Source of the DNA: Coriobacteriia bacterium
Lineage (GTDB): Bacteria; Actinomycetota; Coriobacteriia; Anaerosomatales; SLCP01
Direction: 5' to 3'
DNA: 64,000 nt
NCBI GenBank assembly: GCA_007121015.1
Contig: SKMN01000048.1
Span: 1,666 to 65,665, forward strand
Shown: in pieces, positions 18,919 through 28,930 of the stretch
Position numbering within the stretch: position 1 is the stretch's first letter
Layout of the letters: every line of letters starts with the position of its first letter
The notes under the pieces: generated by a model
The model's input: only the letters and a program-made list of their open reading frames with translations
Databases searched by the model: none
Told to the model about the DNA's origin: nothing
Program-made: the position numbers and the translations under genes

Positions 18919-20565
18919 ATGCCTGACAACACCCAACTCCCGGTGGATCTGGGACACTGGCTACTCGCCCTCGCGCCGCTCGTGGTGCTGCTGTTCCTGC
19001 TCGTGGCACGGAAGTGGAAGGCGCCGGAAGCCGGTCCGATCGGACTGTTCGTCGCCGGCGGTATCGCCATACTGGCATTCCAGATGCCGATGGAGGCTCT
19101 GGCGGTGGCCGGCGGCAAGGGCGTGTGGGACGCGATCTTCATCCTCTACGTCATCTGGCCGGCGCTGCTCCTCTACCGGGTCGCCGACCGCGCGGGGGCG
19201 TTCGTGGCCTTGCGGGAGGGTATCGAGCGCTTCAGCAACAACGAGCTGTTCTTGGTGCTCGCGTTCTCATGGGTGTTCGCTTCGTTCCTGCAGGGGATTA
19301 CCGGTTTTGGCGCACCCATCGCGATCGTCGCACCCCTACTGGTCGCGATCGGTGTCAGGCCGGTGTACGCTGTGGTCCTGCCGCTAATCGGCCATGCGTG
19401 GGCGAACCTGTTCGGGACGCTCGCAGTGGCATGGCTTGCCACGCTGACAGTCGTCGATCTGCAGGACCAGGCCGCGGCGGCTTTCCAGACCGCGATCCTG
19501 CTCTGGATACCCAACCTCATGGCCGGTCTCGGGATCGCATGGCTGTTCGGGCGGCGTGCGGCGGTCATCCACGCCTTGCCCATGGTGGCGATCATCAGCG
19601 GCATACACGGAGGTGGGCAGCTGTTGCTCACCCTTTGGAACCCCGTCCTCGGCACGTTCCTCACCTCTACGGTCGCTCTGGTGGCCCTGTACCCGCTCTC
19701 TCGCTGGGAGCGGTACTCGGAACGGGCCGAGAGGATAGAGGAACGTCCCGCGATGGCCGAGTCCGCCGAAGAGGCGGAGCACGAGCGCGAGGAGCATGAA
19801 GCAGAAGAGCCGGAACCGGTCATGAACCTCACCATGGCACTGATGCCCTATGTGGTGCTCACCGTCCTGACGGTGGGAGTCCTCGTGACCCCTCCGATAG
19901 AAGAGGCACTCGGACGCCTCGAGGTGGGTCCGGCGTTCCCCGCGGTCGAGACCGGATTCGGCCTGTTCGAGGAGGCGGAGGATTCGTACTCACCCTTCGC
20001 CCCGCTCACGCACCCTGGCACGTTCCTGCTCGTGTCCGCGATCGTCGCTTGGCTGATGTATCGCTCGCGGGGATACTACCGCCGGTGGAAGAAGCGGACC
20101 GATGACGTCGAGGAGATCCTCCCCGGGGTCGTAAGTGATGCGATCCCGGCGTCGCTCGCGGTCGTAGTGTTCCTGGCGATGAGTACTATCATGGGCCACT
20201 CGGGACAGACCGCCGTACTGGCCGAGGGCATCGCTCTGGTCGCCCCTCCTCTCGTGTTCGCGGGGACCGCTAACGCCATCGGATTGCTGGGCTCGTTCAT
20301 GACATCGAGCAACACGGCGTCGAACATCTTGTTCGCGCCACTCCAGCAGAGCGTCGCCGAGGCAGAGGGGCTCGCGGAGTCAGCGATAATCGCAGCCCAG
20401 CATGCTGGCGGCGCCATCGGGAACTCGATCTCACCCGCGAACGTCGTCTTGGGTACGGGGACTGCCGGCATCGTGGGGCAGGAGGGAGCGGTGCTGCGCA
20501 AGACGCTCCCGTGGGCGCTACTTGCGGCCGTCGCCACCGGTCTGGCGACGCTCTTCTTACTGTGA
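18919..20565 (+). CDS. LctP-family permease, paralog 2
   Basis: It is collinear with 15284-16948 over the full length and shares the same conserved blocks. It starts 12 nt after the GGT stop. Confidence 0.85.
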   Translation: MPDNTQLPVDLGHWLLALAPLVVLLFLLVARKWKAPEAGPIGLFVAGGIAILAFQMPMEALAVAGGKGVWDAIFILYVIWPALLLYRVADRAGAFVALREGIERFSNNELFLVLAFSWVFASFLQGITGFGAPIAIVAPLLVAIGVRPVYAVVLPLIGHAWANLFGTLAVAWLATLTVVDLQDQAAAAFQTAILLWIPNLMAGLGIAWLFGRRAAVIHALPMVAIISGIHGGGQLLLTLWNPVLGTFLTSTVALVALYPLSRWERYSERAERIEERPAMAESAEEAEHEREEHEAEEPEPVMNLTMALMPYVVLTVLTVGVLVTPPIEEALGRLEVGPAFPAVETGFGLFEEAEDSYSPFAPLTHPGTFLLVSAIVAWLMYRSRGYYRRWKKRTDDVEEILPGVVSDAIPASLAVVVFLAMSTIMGHSGQTAVLAEGIALVAPPLVFAGTANAIGLLGSFMTSSNTASNILFAPLQQSVAEAEGLAESAIIAAQHAGGAIGNSISPANVVLGTGTAGIVGQEGAVLRKTLPWALLAAVATGLATLFLL

Positions 20566-20612
20566 GTCCCGCATAGCACTCGTGTCGTCCCGCGACAGAT
20601 TGTGGGTCGCGT

Positions 20613-21881
20613 CTACCGAGCGGTCCACTCGAGGTACGGTCGTGTCGACGCAGGGTACTCCTGGACCTCGCGCAGGTACCTGATGAGCGGGTCGTGACGC
20701 GTGACCGGGAGGGACGCGATCAAGTCTTCGAGCATGAGCGTGACTCGCTGGCACACCTGGACCGAGTCACGGCCGTAGTCGACGATCTCGCGCAGCGCGA
20801 GGGAGACCCAGCCTTCCCACGTCAGCTGTGGCGCGATGAACCTGGGCGTCCCGTCGTCATCGGTGCAGACCGATCCCGACGTGCTGGACCGCCCTCTCAT
20901 CTCGAGGATCTCGTGGATATGATCGAGCACCACGACGGCCATTCCCGGCTCGTTCACTCCGGCAGAGAGGGCTCTTACAGCGATGTCCACGAGTTCCTGA
21001 ACACCGTACGCCGGGTCGAGCGCGATGACGCGCTCCCTGGCGAGCGACACGGCTTCTGATAGGGGGAACTTCGTGTCGGCATCGTCACCATGTATGAGAA
21101 CGAGCGGTGCTCCCTCGACCACGAACGTGCCGACCGGACGCAAGAGTTCGATGAGGACGTCGTTCTCACGGGCCCACCTCATGCATACCTCGACGGAGAC
21201 GCCAGCGACGATCCCGCTCTCGGGAGCGCACACTGCACGTGACGGACGTCCTTCCAACGTCGACCGTACGCGTGCCGGTTCGGTTGCGGAACCCGCGCCC
21301 CCGGAGTCACTCTCGAGGACCGGAGTCGAGGCGAGCGCCGCGCGTGTCTGGCGCGCGATCGCAGTCGATATCGTTTCCAACCGGATCGATTGGGCGACTC
21401 GGTGGATGTAGTTGAGGAACGTGACGAGGCTGAGGGCGACAGCAGCGAACGCCAGGCTCACCGTGAGCACCGGGACGAGTCCCCCATCGCCGTTCGAAGG
21501 TATGCGTACGACCCAGAGGCCGACCAGTGCGTACGCGAACGTGCCCAGGAAGACGCCCATCGCGATCTTGCTCCAACGGTTCTGGAGGAACAGCGGAAGA
21601 ACCCGCGGTGTCAGCTGGGTGCTTGCCAGCTGGAGCACTATGAGCGTTATCGAGAAGACGAGGACCGCGAGCGACAACATCGCTGTCGCTATGGTGGCGA
21701 AGATCGTGTGCGCCCCCTCGGCCGAACCTCCGTAGAGTGAGAGATCCTCCCTCGCAGCGAGAACGTTCTGGTCCACGTATGCCGCTGCCACAGCGAGGGC
21801 GACGAAGCCCAGAAGCAGAAGGGATGGCACGAACCAGAGACTCTGCTTCAGGTGTTCTCTCAGGCGCTCGATCCGCAGCAT
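20613..21881 (-). CDS. DUF2254-like membrane protein
   Basis: Four N-terminal TM helices (LWFVPSLLLLGFVALAVAAAYV...) are followed by a soluble C-terminal domain. GGAGGAAGC precedes the internal ATG at 21881. Confidence 0.55.
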   Translation of the reverse strand: MLRIERLREHLKQSLWFVPSLLLLGFVALAVAAAYVDQNVLAAREDLSLYGGSAEGAHTIFATIATAMLSLAVLVFSITLIVLQLASTQLTPRVLPLFLQNRWSKIAMGVFLGTFAYALVGLWVVRIPSNGDGGLVPVLTVSLAFAAVALSLVTFLNYIHRVAQSIRLETISTAIARQTRAALASTPVLESDSGGAGSATEPARVRSTLEGRPSRAVCAPESGIVAGVSVEVCMRWARENDVLIELLRPVGTFVVEGAPLVLIHGDDADTKFPLSEAVSLARERVIALDPAYGVQELVDIAVRALSAGVNEPGMAVVVLDHIHEILEMRGRSSTSGSVCTDDDGTPRFIAPQLTWEGWVSLALREIVDYGRDSVQVCQRVTLMLEDLIASLPVTRHDPLIRYLREVQEYPASTRPYLEWTAR

Positions 21882-22017
21882 GCTTCCTCCTGATCCGGCC
21901 GAGCGAGCGATATCGTGTTCGGCGGTATCTCCCCAGTTCGGGAATACCCGAAGAGGGGGCCTTTCAACGCAGAAGCCGCAGCGGTCGGCTTCAGTCACAT
22001 CGGAAGGAGTGTCGAAC

Positions 22018-22725
22018 ATGGGCCTTGCCATCGTCACAGGCGGCTCGCGTGGTCTGGGGGGCGCACTCTGCGACCTCTATCGCGAACAGGGCTGGAGGGT
22101 CGTGGAGTTCTCCCGATCCGCGCCGCACCCTTTCAGCGTCGAGCTGGATCTTTCGGATGTCCGCAAGGTGACCGAGGTGTTCACCCGAGAGTTCGAGTCG
22201 TTGGCCGGGCTCGATGTCTCGGAGGTCGTGGCCGTGAGTAATGCCTCGCTGCTCGGTCCTGTCGGCCCGGTGGAGCGCTCGACGCCCGAGGATATCATCG
22301 GCCATCTTCACGCCAACGTCGTTTCCGCGATCCTGTTCGCCCGGGCGTTCGCCGGGGCGTTCCAGGACCACACCTGCCCCAAGACGTTCGTGAACATCTC
22401 GAGCGGAGCGGCGAGCCGGGGGCTTGCCGGCTGGTCCCTGTACTGCGCTAGCAAAGCGGCGCTCGAGAACTACGTCCGTGCCGTCGCCCTGGAACAGGAG
22501 GACCGTCCACATCCTATCCGGGCCATCAGCGTCAACCCCGGCGTGATGGACACGGTCATGCAAGAGGAGGTCCGCACCTCACGTCCGGAGGACTTTCCCG
22601 AGGTAGAGCGGTACGACCGTTTGCATCGAGAAGGCCAGCTCGCCGCTCCGTCGACGACAGCGTCACGCGTCGTCGAGCTCGTCGAATCGCGTCCGCGTCC
22701 GGGAGAGGTCTACTCGGCGCAGTGA
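22018..22725 (+). CDS. Short-chain dehydrogenase/reductase (sepiapterin-reductase-like SDR)
   Basis: It has TGGSRGLG, NISSGAA and the YCASKAAL (YxxxK) catalytic motif. The RBS is GGAAGGAG. Confidence 0.85.
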   Translation: MGLAIVTGGSRGLGGALCDLYREQGWRVVEFSRSAPHPFSVELDLSDVRKVTEVFTREFESLAGLDVSEVVAVSNASLLGPVGPVERSTPEDIIGHLHANVVSAILFARAFAGAFQDHTCPKTFVNISSGAASRGLAGWSLYCASKAALENYVRAVALEQEDRPHPIRAISVNPGVMDTVMQEEVRTSRPEDFPEVERYDRLHREGQLAAPSTTASRVVELVESRPRPGEVYSAQ

Positions 22726-22810
22726 TCCCGCGTGCCTGAGGTCCGCCTCGGCGGGTAGGTTCAGTTGTGTCGCAAGGTTGCGTCGCGTCCGGGAAGTGAG
22801 GAGGGTCCGC

Positions 22811-24175
22811 ATGTTCGTCCACCGTATCGAGAGCCCGGGTCTCGCTCACTGGTCGTACTACGTGGAGGACGCCGGAGAGGCGGTCGTCATCGACCCGCGG
22901 ATCGACGTCGCCGTCTACGTCGATCTCGCCCGAGAGAGGGGCGCACGGATCATCGCGGTCGTAGAGACGCACCGCAACGAGGACTACGTGGTCGGCAGCG
23001 TCGAACTCGAAACGCGCACCGGCGCGGACGTGCGACATGCGGACGGCGGGCTCGACTACGGTTACGGTGCCCCGATCGAGGACAGGGAGACGATCCCCTT
23101 TGGCTCGTTCGCGCTCGAAGCGCTCCATACGCCCGGGCACACGCCAGGGCACATGTGCTATCTGATCCGCGATGGAAAGACGCCGTGGATGCTCTTCTCG
23201 GGAGACCTCCTGTTCGCGGGGGAGACGGGCCGTGTCGACCTCGGCCCGGAAGGTTCGGCCGAGGAGTTCGCGACCGCACTGCACCGTTCGCTTCACGAGC
23301 GCGTGCTCCCCCTCGGCGATCATGTGCTACTGTGGCCTGCGCACGGAGCCGGATCGGCGTGTGGTAGCAGCATCGCCGGTCGATCCTACACGACCATCGG
23401 GATGGAGCGCGCCCTCAATCCCCAGTTGGGACTCGACGAACGGTCGTTCGTGCGCTCCGCCGTCGAGCACTCCGAGGCTATCGGCCGACCTGCGTACTTC
23501 GACCGCATGGAGGATCTGAATCTCGGCGGACACTGTTTCGACGAGCGCCGGGCTCTCCCGCTGCTGCAGCCCGAGGAGGTCGAAACGTGCTCGGACGACG
23601 GGGGTCTCGTAGTCGACACGCGGGACGTGGAGTGTTTTCTGGCGGCGCATGTGCCGGGGTCGCTCGCGCTGCCGCACGCGATGCTCGGCGTATGGGCCGG
23701 GTGGTTCATCGACCCCGGCACGCCGATCGTCCTCGTCTCCGCCGACCTGGCGCATGACGCGACAGCACTCGCGCGGATGGGATTCGACGACGTGCGCGGC
23801 TGTCTCGCTGGCGGTATGCAGCGCTGGGAGACGTCGGGTCGACCGGTCGCGAGCACACACGTAATCGACACGCCTGGCGTCTGTAGACGCCTCGACGAGG
23901 ACGCGATCCTGAGGGTCCTCGACGTCCGCAGCACCGCCGAGGTCGAGGCGCTCGGCATCACCGGAGCACTCGAGGTCCCGTTGCCGCAACTACCGGACCG
24001 TCTCGACGAGTTGTCCGAGCAGGATCCGATCGTGATCTTCTGCGGCAGCGGGCGACGTTCGACGATCGCTGCGAGCCTGCTCGAGCGCAACGGGCGGCGC
24101 ACCGAGGTCGTCCTCGGCGGGACGCACGGGTGGTTATCTACCCGATGTCCGCTCCGGGAAGTCGCGCCTGCGTGA
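22811..24175 (+). CDS. MBL-fold hydrolase fused to two rhodanese-like domains (CstB / persulfide-dioxygenase-sulfurtransferase-like architecture)
   Basis: The MBL core has ETHRNEDYVVGS, HTPGHTPGH and FSGDLLF. The C-terminal rhodanese has active-site Cys FCGSGRRST. Confidence 0.75.
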   Translation: MFVHRIESPGLAHWSYYVEDAGEAVVIDPRIDVAVYVDLARERGARIIAVVETHRNEDYVVGSVELETRTGADVRHADGGLDYGYGAPIEDRETIPFGSFALEALHTPGHTPGHMCYLIRDGKTPWMLFSGDLLFAGETGRVDLGPEGSAEEFATALHRSLHERVLPLGDHVLLWPAHGAGSACGSSIAGRSYTTIGMERALNPQLGLDERSFVRSAVEHSEAIGRPAYFDRMEDLNLGGHCFDERRALPLLQPEEVETCSDDGGLVVDTRDVECFLAAHVPGSLALPHAMLGVWAGWFIDPGTPIVLVSADLAHDATALARMGFDDVRGCLAGGMQRWETSGRPVASTHVIDTPGVCRRLDEDAILRVLDVRSTAEVEALGITGALEVPLPQLPDRLDELSEQDPIVIFCGSGRRSTIAASLLERNGRRTEVVLGGTHGWLSTRCPLREVAPA

Positions 24176-24272
24176 TGGCTCGCTACCGCTCATCAGAGGG
24201 ATGATCGTGGAGCAGAGATACACGTCAGGTCCGTTCTACGCAAGCGGAGCCCGCTTACAGCGGATACCTGCT

Positions 24273-25544
24273 CTACGTCACTTTCAGGCGAGCTGCGAAG
24301 CGCGGATCGTCCCAGAGCCGGTCGCGCAGCACGGTCTCGAGTTCCTCGGCAGCCCGGAGTACGTCGTCGAGGCTCAGGTAGAGCGGTGCGAAGCCGAAGC
24401 GCATCAGGTCGGGCGTGCGGAAGTCGCCGATCACGCCGCGCTCGATGAGCGCTTGCATCGCTGCGTACCCGTGTTCGAAACGGAAGGACACCTGAGAACC
24501 CCTCGCGAGTGGGTCGCGGGGGGATGCGAGAACGAGTTCGGGGCAGCGCGCCTCGACCTCGGCGACGAACGTCTCGCTGAGTTCGATCGAGCGCGCACGC
24601 ACGTCGGCGAGGTCGAGGCCCTCCCAGACCTCGAGGGCCGCATCGAGAGCTGTCATGGCGAGGACCGGGGGCGTGCCGACGAGCATCCTGCCCACTCCGG
24701 GTGCCGCCCGGTATCCGGGATCGAACGCGAAGGGCGTCTCGTGACCCATCCAGCCTGCGAGGAACGGATGCGCGTGCTCGGCGTGCTCCGGACGCACGTA
24801 GACGAAAGCGGGTGCGCCGGGGCCGCCATTGAGGTACTTGTAGCTGCAGCCCACCGCGAAGTCGGCCTCAGCCTCCTCGAGGTGCACCGGTAGGGCGCCC
24901 GCCGAGTGCGCGAGGTCCCACACGGTGGCGGCGCCCACTGCGCGAGCGCGGCGCGTGAGGTCGGCCATGTCGTGCAGGCGACCCGTGCGGTAGTCGACCT
25001 GTGTGAGCATGAGGACTGCGACGTTCTCGTCGAGCGCCTCGGCGACCTCCTCGGGCTCGACGACCTTCAGCTCGTGCCCGCGCTCGACTCCGCCGAGCAG
25101 CCCCTGCGCGACGTAGAGGTCGCTCGGGAAGTTCCCGCGGTCCGAGAGGACCACGCGGCGCTCCGGTCGCATCTGGAGTGCTGCGGACAACACCTTGAAC
25201 AGGTTCACGGAGGTAGAGTCGCACGCGACGACCGAACCAGGTGCTGCGCCCACGAGCGCGGCGATACGGTTCCCGACGATGTGGGGCAAGTCGATCCAGC
25301 CCGACTCGTTCCACCCTTTGATCAGCCGTGCGCCCCACTGGTTGTCGAGCTCGTCGGCGACCCGCATGCGTGCATCGTGCGTGAGAGGGCCGAGCGAATT
25401 GCCGTCGAGGTAGATGACGCCTTCAGGGAGATCGAAACGGCTGCGGGTAGCGGCGAAAACAGCGTCGAGGCGCTCCGCGGCCGAGTGAGAGCTGCTGGTG
25501 TCCATGCGCATAACGGTATCACGACGATGCGTCTTCATCGGCAT
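24273..25544 (-). CDS. kynU: Kynureninase (PLP-dependent)
   Basis: It has IYLDGNSLGP, WDLAHSAG and CSYKYLNGGPGAPAF (PLP lysine). The start is uncertain, with Met codons at 25544, 25511 and 25505. Confidence 0.88.
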   Translation of the reverse strand: MPMKTHRRDTVMRMDTSSSHSAAERLDAVFAATRSRFDLPEGVIYLDGNSLGPLTHDARMRVADELDNQWGARLIKGWNESGWIDLPHIVGNRIAALVGAAPGSVVACDSTSVNLFKVLSAALQMRPERRVVLSDRGNFPSDLYVAQGLLGGVERGHELKVVEPEEVAEALDENVAVLMLTQVDYRTGRLHDMADLTRRARAVGAATVWDLAHSAGALPVHLEEAEADFAVGCSYKYLNGGPGAPAFVYVRPEHAEHAHPFLAGWMGHETPFAFDPGYRAAPGVGRMLVGTPPVLAMTALDAALEVWEGLDLADVRARSIELSETFVAEVEARCPELVLASPRDPLARGSQVSFRFEHGYAAMQALIERGVIGDFRTPDLMRFGFAPLYLSLDDVLRAAEELETVLRDRLWDDPRFAARLKVT

Positions 25545-25636
25545 CTACGAGCGTTTTGCGACCACGTCTCTCGGGCAGAACCGACATGGTAGTGTGGAAT
25601 GTAGTCCGGCTGCTTCAGAGGAGAGGGGAGTGTTGT

Positions 25637-26830
25637 ATGAATGCGTTAGAGAACTTGTGGCACTCGGTCCTGGGTGCCGTGCCAGGAGTACTGGCGGCGC
25701 TGCTGCTGTTGGTTCTCGCCTACGTCGTTGCGAAGATAGCCAAGAAGGTCGTGATGAAGGCACTCGGTCTTCTCGGGGTCGAAAGGCACCTGGACAAGAT
25801 AGGTATCGAAGATGAGACCTCGGGCAACTCCCTTGAGTACGTGGGCAAGTTCGTCTTCCTGATCGTCTTCCTCTTGTTCCTGCCCGGCGTGTTGGACCAA
25901 CTCGGGATTCCCAGCGTATCCCAGCCGATAGCCGGGATGGTCAGTGAGGTCCTGCACTACGTGCCCAACCTGCTGGCGGCTGCCTTGATCCTGGTCGTGG
26001 GCTTTTTCATTGCCGGCCTGGTACGCCAGTTGACGGGACCGCTGTTGAAGCGGCTTGGCGTGGACAAGATCCAGGAGAAGCTCGGGGCGGTAGAGTCCGA
26101 AACGCCTGTGTCGTCCATGCTTGCCTACGTCGTGTACGTCGTCATCTTAGTCCCGGTGCTCATTGCCGCGTTGCAGGTCCTTGGCATCACCGCGATCTCT
26201 GCTCCGGCTGTTGCCATGCTCGACAGTATCTTCGCCTTCCTGCCGAGGATATTTGTCGCCATCGCAGTCGTCCTCGTCGGCGTCCTTATCGCGAAGCTAG
26301 CGGGTGAACTCCTCACCGAGATCCTGTCGAGCGTGGGCGCGGACCAACTGATGGGCAAGGTCATCAAGGACGAGACGCGACTGGGCAGCTTCTCGCTTTC
26401 CGCTTTCGTGGGCGGCCTGGTCAAGTACATCATCATGCTCCTATTCGCTGTAGAGGCACTGAATGTCGTGCAGCTCGAGGTGTTGCAGACGTTCGGCGCG
26501 GCTGTCGTCGCCTACCTGCCCTTCGCCATCAGTGCCGTGATCATCATGGGCGTCGGGCTCTTCCTCGCAACCTGGACCGAGAGCTCGATGAACAGCAGGT
26601 TCCCACAGTGGAAGATGACGCCCTTGATCGCGAAGGCGACCATAATCGCCGTCGCGGCATTCATGACCCTCAACCAGCTTGGGATAGCGACGGACATCGT
26701 CAATGCCGCCTTCATCATCATTCTCGGGGCTGCCGGTATCGCGTTCGCGGTGGCCTTTGGCGTAGGAGGAAGGCACTTCGCAGCAAGTACCCTACAGCGG
26801 TTCGAGGAGAAGAACCTCGGCGATACGTAG
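25637..26830 (+). CDS. Membrane protein with repeated conserved-TM-helix modules (CmpX / mechanosensitive-channel-associated type)
   Basis: Four internal repeats of a TM hairpin plus an amphipathic segment are visible (e.g. LLAALLLLVLAYVVAKIAKKVV.., LLAAALILVVGFFIAGLVRQL..). A GAGGAGAGGGGAG RBS precedes the start. Confidence 0.55.
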   Translation: MNALENLWHSVLGAVPGVLAALLLLVLAYVVAKIAKKVVMKALGLLGVERHLDKIGIEDETSGNSLEYVGKFVFLIVFLLFLPGVLDQLGIPSVSQPIAGMVSEVLHYVPNLLAAALILVVGFFIAGLVRQLTGPLLKRLGVDKIQEKLGAVESETPVSSMLAYVVYVVILVPVLIAALQVLGITAISAPAVAMLDSIFAFLPRIFVAIAVVLVGVLIAKLAGELLTEILSSVGADQLMGKVIKDETRLGSFSLSAFVGGLVKYIIMLLFAVEALNVVQLEVLQTFGAAVVAYLPFAISAVIIMGVGLFLATWTESSMNSRFPQWKMTPLIAKATIIAVAAFMTLNQLGIATDIVNAAFIIILGAAGIAFAVAFGVGGRHFAASTLQRFEEKNLGDT

Positions 26831-26890
26831 GCCGGCGCCGGGTGCGTTCGGACGGTGACATAGAACCCGTCTGCGGGTTCAGCTGTAGCA

Positions 26891-26926
26891 GAGGGCCCGC
26901 TTCTCCCTACCGGGAGGCGGGCCCTC
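26891..26926. terminator. GC-rich hairpin between convergent genes
   Basis: GAGGGCCCGC-N16-GCGGGCCCTC forms a perfect 10-bp stem. There is no U-tract, so its role as an intrinsic terminator is tentative. Confidence 0.4.
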
Positions 26927-27110
26927 CACCGAGTCATCTGCAGTTCGCGGACGAGGGCTTTCGCTGCTGCGCATCTCCACCCCCTGCATCATCCTTGCGA
27001 TCGATATCGCCTCGTACTCCTCGACTGATGCGGTACGAGGACCGACGAGGGGGCCCCACAGCCTGGAGTAGGGGGCTCCGGGGTAGCCGTCGATATTCGG
27101 CCAGCCAAGC

Positions 27111-28106
27111 CTACGCGATCACAGCGGCGCGAAGGTAGATGGCCAGCACGAGGACGGCGAGCGCCACGAGCCATGCCACGATGTAGACGGTCATCGAGCG
27201 CTTCGCGCGTTCCTTCTCCGACCACGTGCGTGGCCGCACGCCTTTGAGCAGGAAGACCACTTTGCTCGCGAGGTTGACGCACACCACGTTCACCGCGAGG
27301 AGCAGACCCGCGCCGGTGGCGAGGGTGAAGTCACCGTGCCCGAGCATGAGCCCCAGTGTCGTCGCCGGCGGGAGCAGCGCGACGGCCACCATCACCCCTA
27401 CGAGGATCGCCGGCAGACCCGTGGATATCGAGAGAGCCGCTGCGGCGCCTGAGGCGAGCGCGAGTACGATCGACTCGAGGCCGGCGTCGGTGCGGGTCAG
27501 TAGCTCAGGACTGCTCAGGTCCACGCTCAGTACCGCGCCCATCGCTGCGGAGAGGGCGACGGCGAGCGCGATGCCTGCTGCAAGCTTCTGTACCGACTTG
27601 CGGACGAGCTTGATATCGCCCAGCGACGTGCCGAGACTAAGCGCGAGGTTGGGTGCGAGCAGCGGCGCGATCACCATCGCGCCGATCACCACGGCGACGT
27701 TGTCCTTGACGAGCCCGATGGCGGCCACCACCGTCGAGAGAGCGACCAGCAGCAGATAGTCCCGGTCGAGACGGGCGTTACGCTCAGCCTCCTCGGCAAG
27801 CGTCTCGCGCGCCGCGATCGCCGAAGCGGTCTTCCCTTCACCGGAGCCGGACTCGTCCTCGACTGGCTTGGGCAGCGCGGCCTCGACGGCGAGCACCATG
27901 ATCCGAGCAGAGGGTTGGGCTCCCAGCACGTTCTGCAAGGCGTCGAGTACCGCCTGGAGCCTCTCGTCGGGAACGACGAGCCGCATGTACTGCATGCCGT
28001 CCTCACCGACCGCGCCGGCGCGGAAGTCGAGGGCCTTCTCTTTGGCGGCGATCTTCTCGACGGTCTCGGAACTCGTGGGCTTGGCTACCACTTCGACGTA
28101 TTTCAC
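27111..28106 (-). CDS. TIGR00341/DUF389-family membrane protein
   Basis: An N-terminal soluble domain is followed by LLVALSTVVAAIGLVKDNVAVVIGAMVIAPLLAPNLA, characteristic of DUF389. The start overlaps the upstream stop by 4 nt. Confidence 0.7.
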   Translation of the reverse strand: MKYVEVVAKPTSSETVEKIAAKEKALDFRAGAVGEDGMQYMRLVVPDERLQAVLDALQNVLGAQPSARIMVLAVEAALPKPVEDESGSGEGKTASAIAARETLAEEAERNARLDRDYLLLVALSTVVAAIGLVKDNVAVVIGAMVIAPLLAPNLALSLGTSLGDIKLVRKSVQKLAAGIALAVALSAAMGAVLSVDLSSPELLTRTDAGLESIVLALASGAAAALSISTGLPAILVGVMVAVALLPPATTLGLMLGHGDFTLATGAGLLLAVNVVCVNLASKVVFLLKGVRPRTWSEKERAKRSMTVYIVAWLVALAVLVLAIYLRAAVIA

Positions 28107-28768
28107 GGCCCTTGCTCTCCATCGGGGACTTCGTCGTCGAGGATGGCTTCGCCGAGCATCTCACCATAACGCTCGGCCGTTTCCAGTATCTCAGGACACT
28201 CGGCGACGGCACCCTTGCCGAACAGGCGTGCTACGGGTAACTGGTAGTCGACCGCGTAACCGAGGGCCTCCAGTGGCCTGCGCATCGCGTCGAGCGCGCG
28301 CACGATGTCGTCGATCTCGGGTTGCTCGGCGACTGCCGCGACGGCTGCGGTACGTCCCTGGCCTTGCAGGCGCGTCGACCACGGGCCCGGTCTCGGCTCG
28401 GTGAAGTCGTAGAAGCAGTACAGCCGGTCGATGAACCCCTTCACCCACGCGGTGATGTTGTAGTTGTGCACGGGAGAGACGAGTACGAGTCCACGGGCCT
28501 CGACGATCGCCGGGTAGACGGCGGTGAGGTCGTCTTCGAACCGGGAGCACTCGTGGGTCGTGCGACACATTTCGCAGCCGATGCATGGCGTGAAGTCGAG
28601 GTCCCTCAACTGGATCGTGTCGGTGCGCGCTCCGGTGCGCGCGGCGCCGAGGAGGAAGCGCTCGATCAGGATGTCGGAGTTGCCGCCCGCCCGGGGGCTG
28701 CCGCCGATGGCCAGTACCATCGGTCGGGCCCGGGCTGCGGGACCCTCTGCGGGAGGGTCGAGCGTCAT
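28103..28768 (-). CDS. Iron-sulfur flavoprotein (Isf-type NADPH-dependent FMN reductase family)
   Basis: It has the flavodoxin-like start MVLAIGGSPRAGGNSD plus the compact cluster motif CIGCEMCRTTHEC (CX2CX2CX5C) typical of Isf. Confidence 0.75.
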   Translation of the reverse strand: MTLDPPAEGPAARARPMVLAIGGSPRAGGNSDILIERFLLGAARTGARTDTIQLRDLDFTPCIGCEMCRTTHECSRFEDDLTAVYPAIVEARGLVLVSPVHNYNITAWVKGFIDRLYCFYDFTEPRPGPWSTRLQGQGRTAAVAAVAEQPEIDDIVRALDAMRRPLEALGYAVDYQLPVARLFGKGAVAECPEILETAERYGEMLGEAILDDEVPDGEQGP

Positions 28769-28930
28769 GGTCTCTCCTATGGGGTGGGGAACCGGAAAGA
28801 ACACATCATAACGCACGCGCGGAAGTCAGATGCGGACGTGCGGGCCAGGTCCTCTGCGCATTCCAGTATCGCTCGACACGCTCCGATACACTTGTGAGAG
28901 ACCGGAAACCAGCGTACTCAGGAGCGTCCT

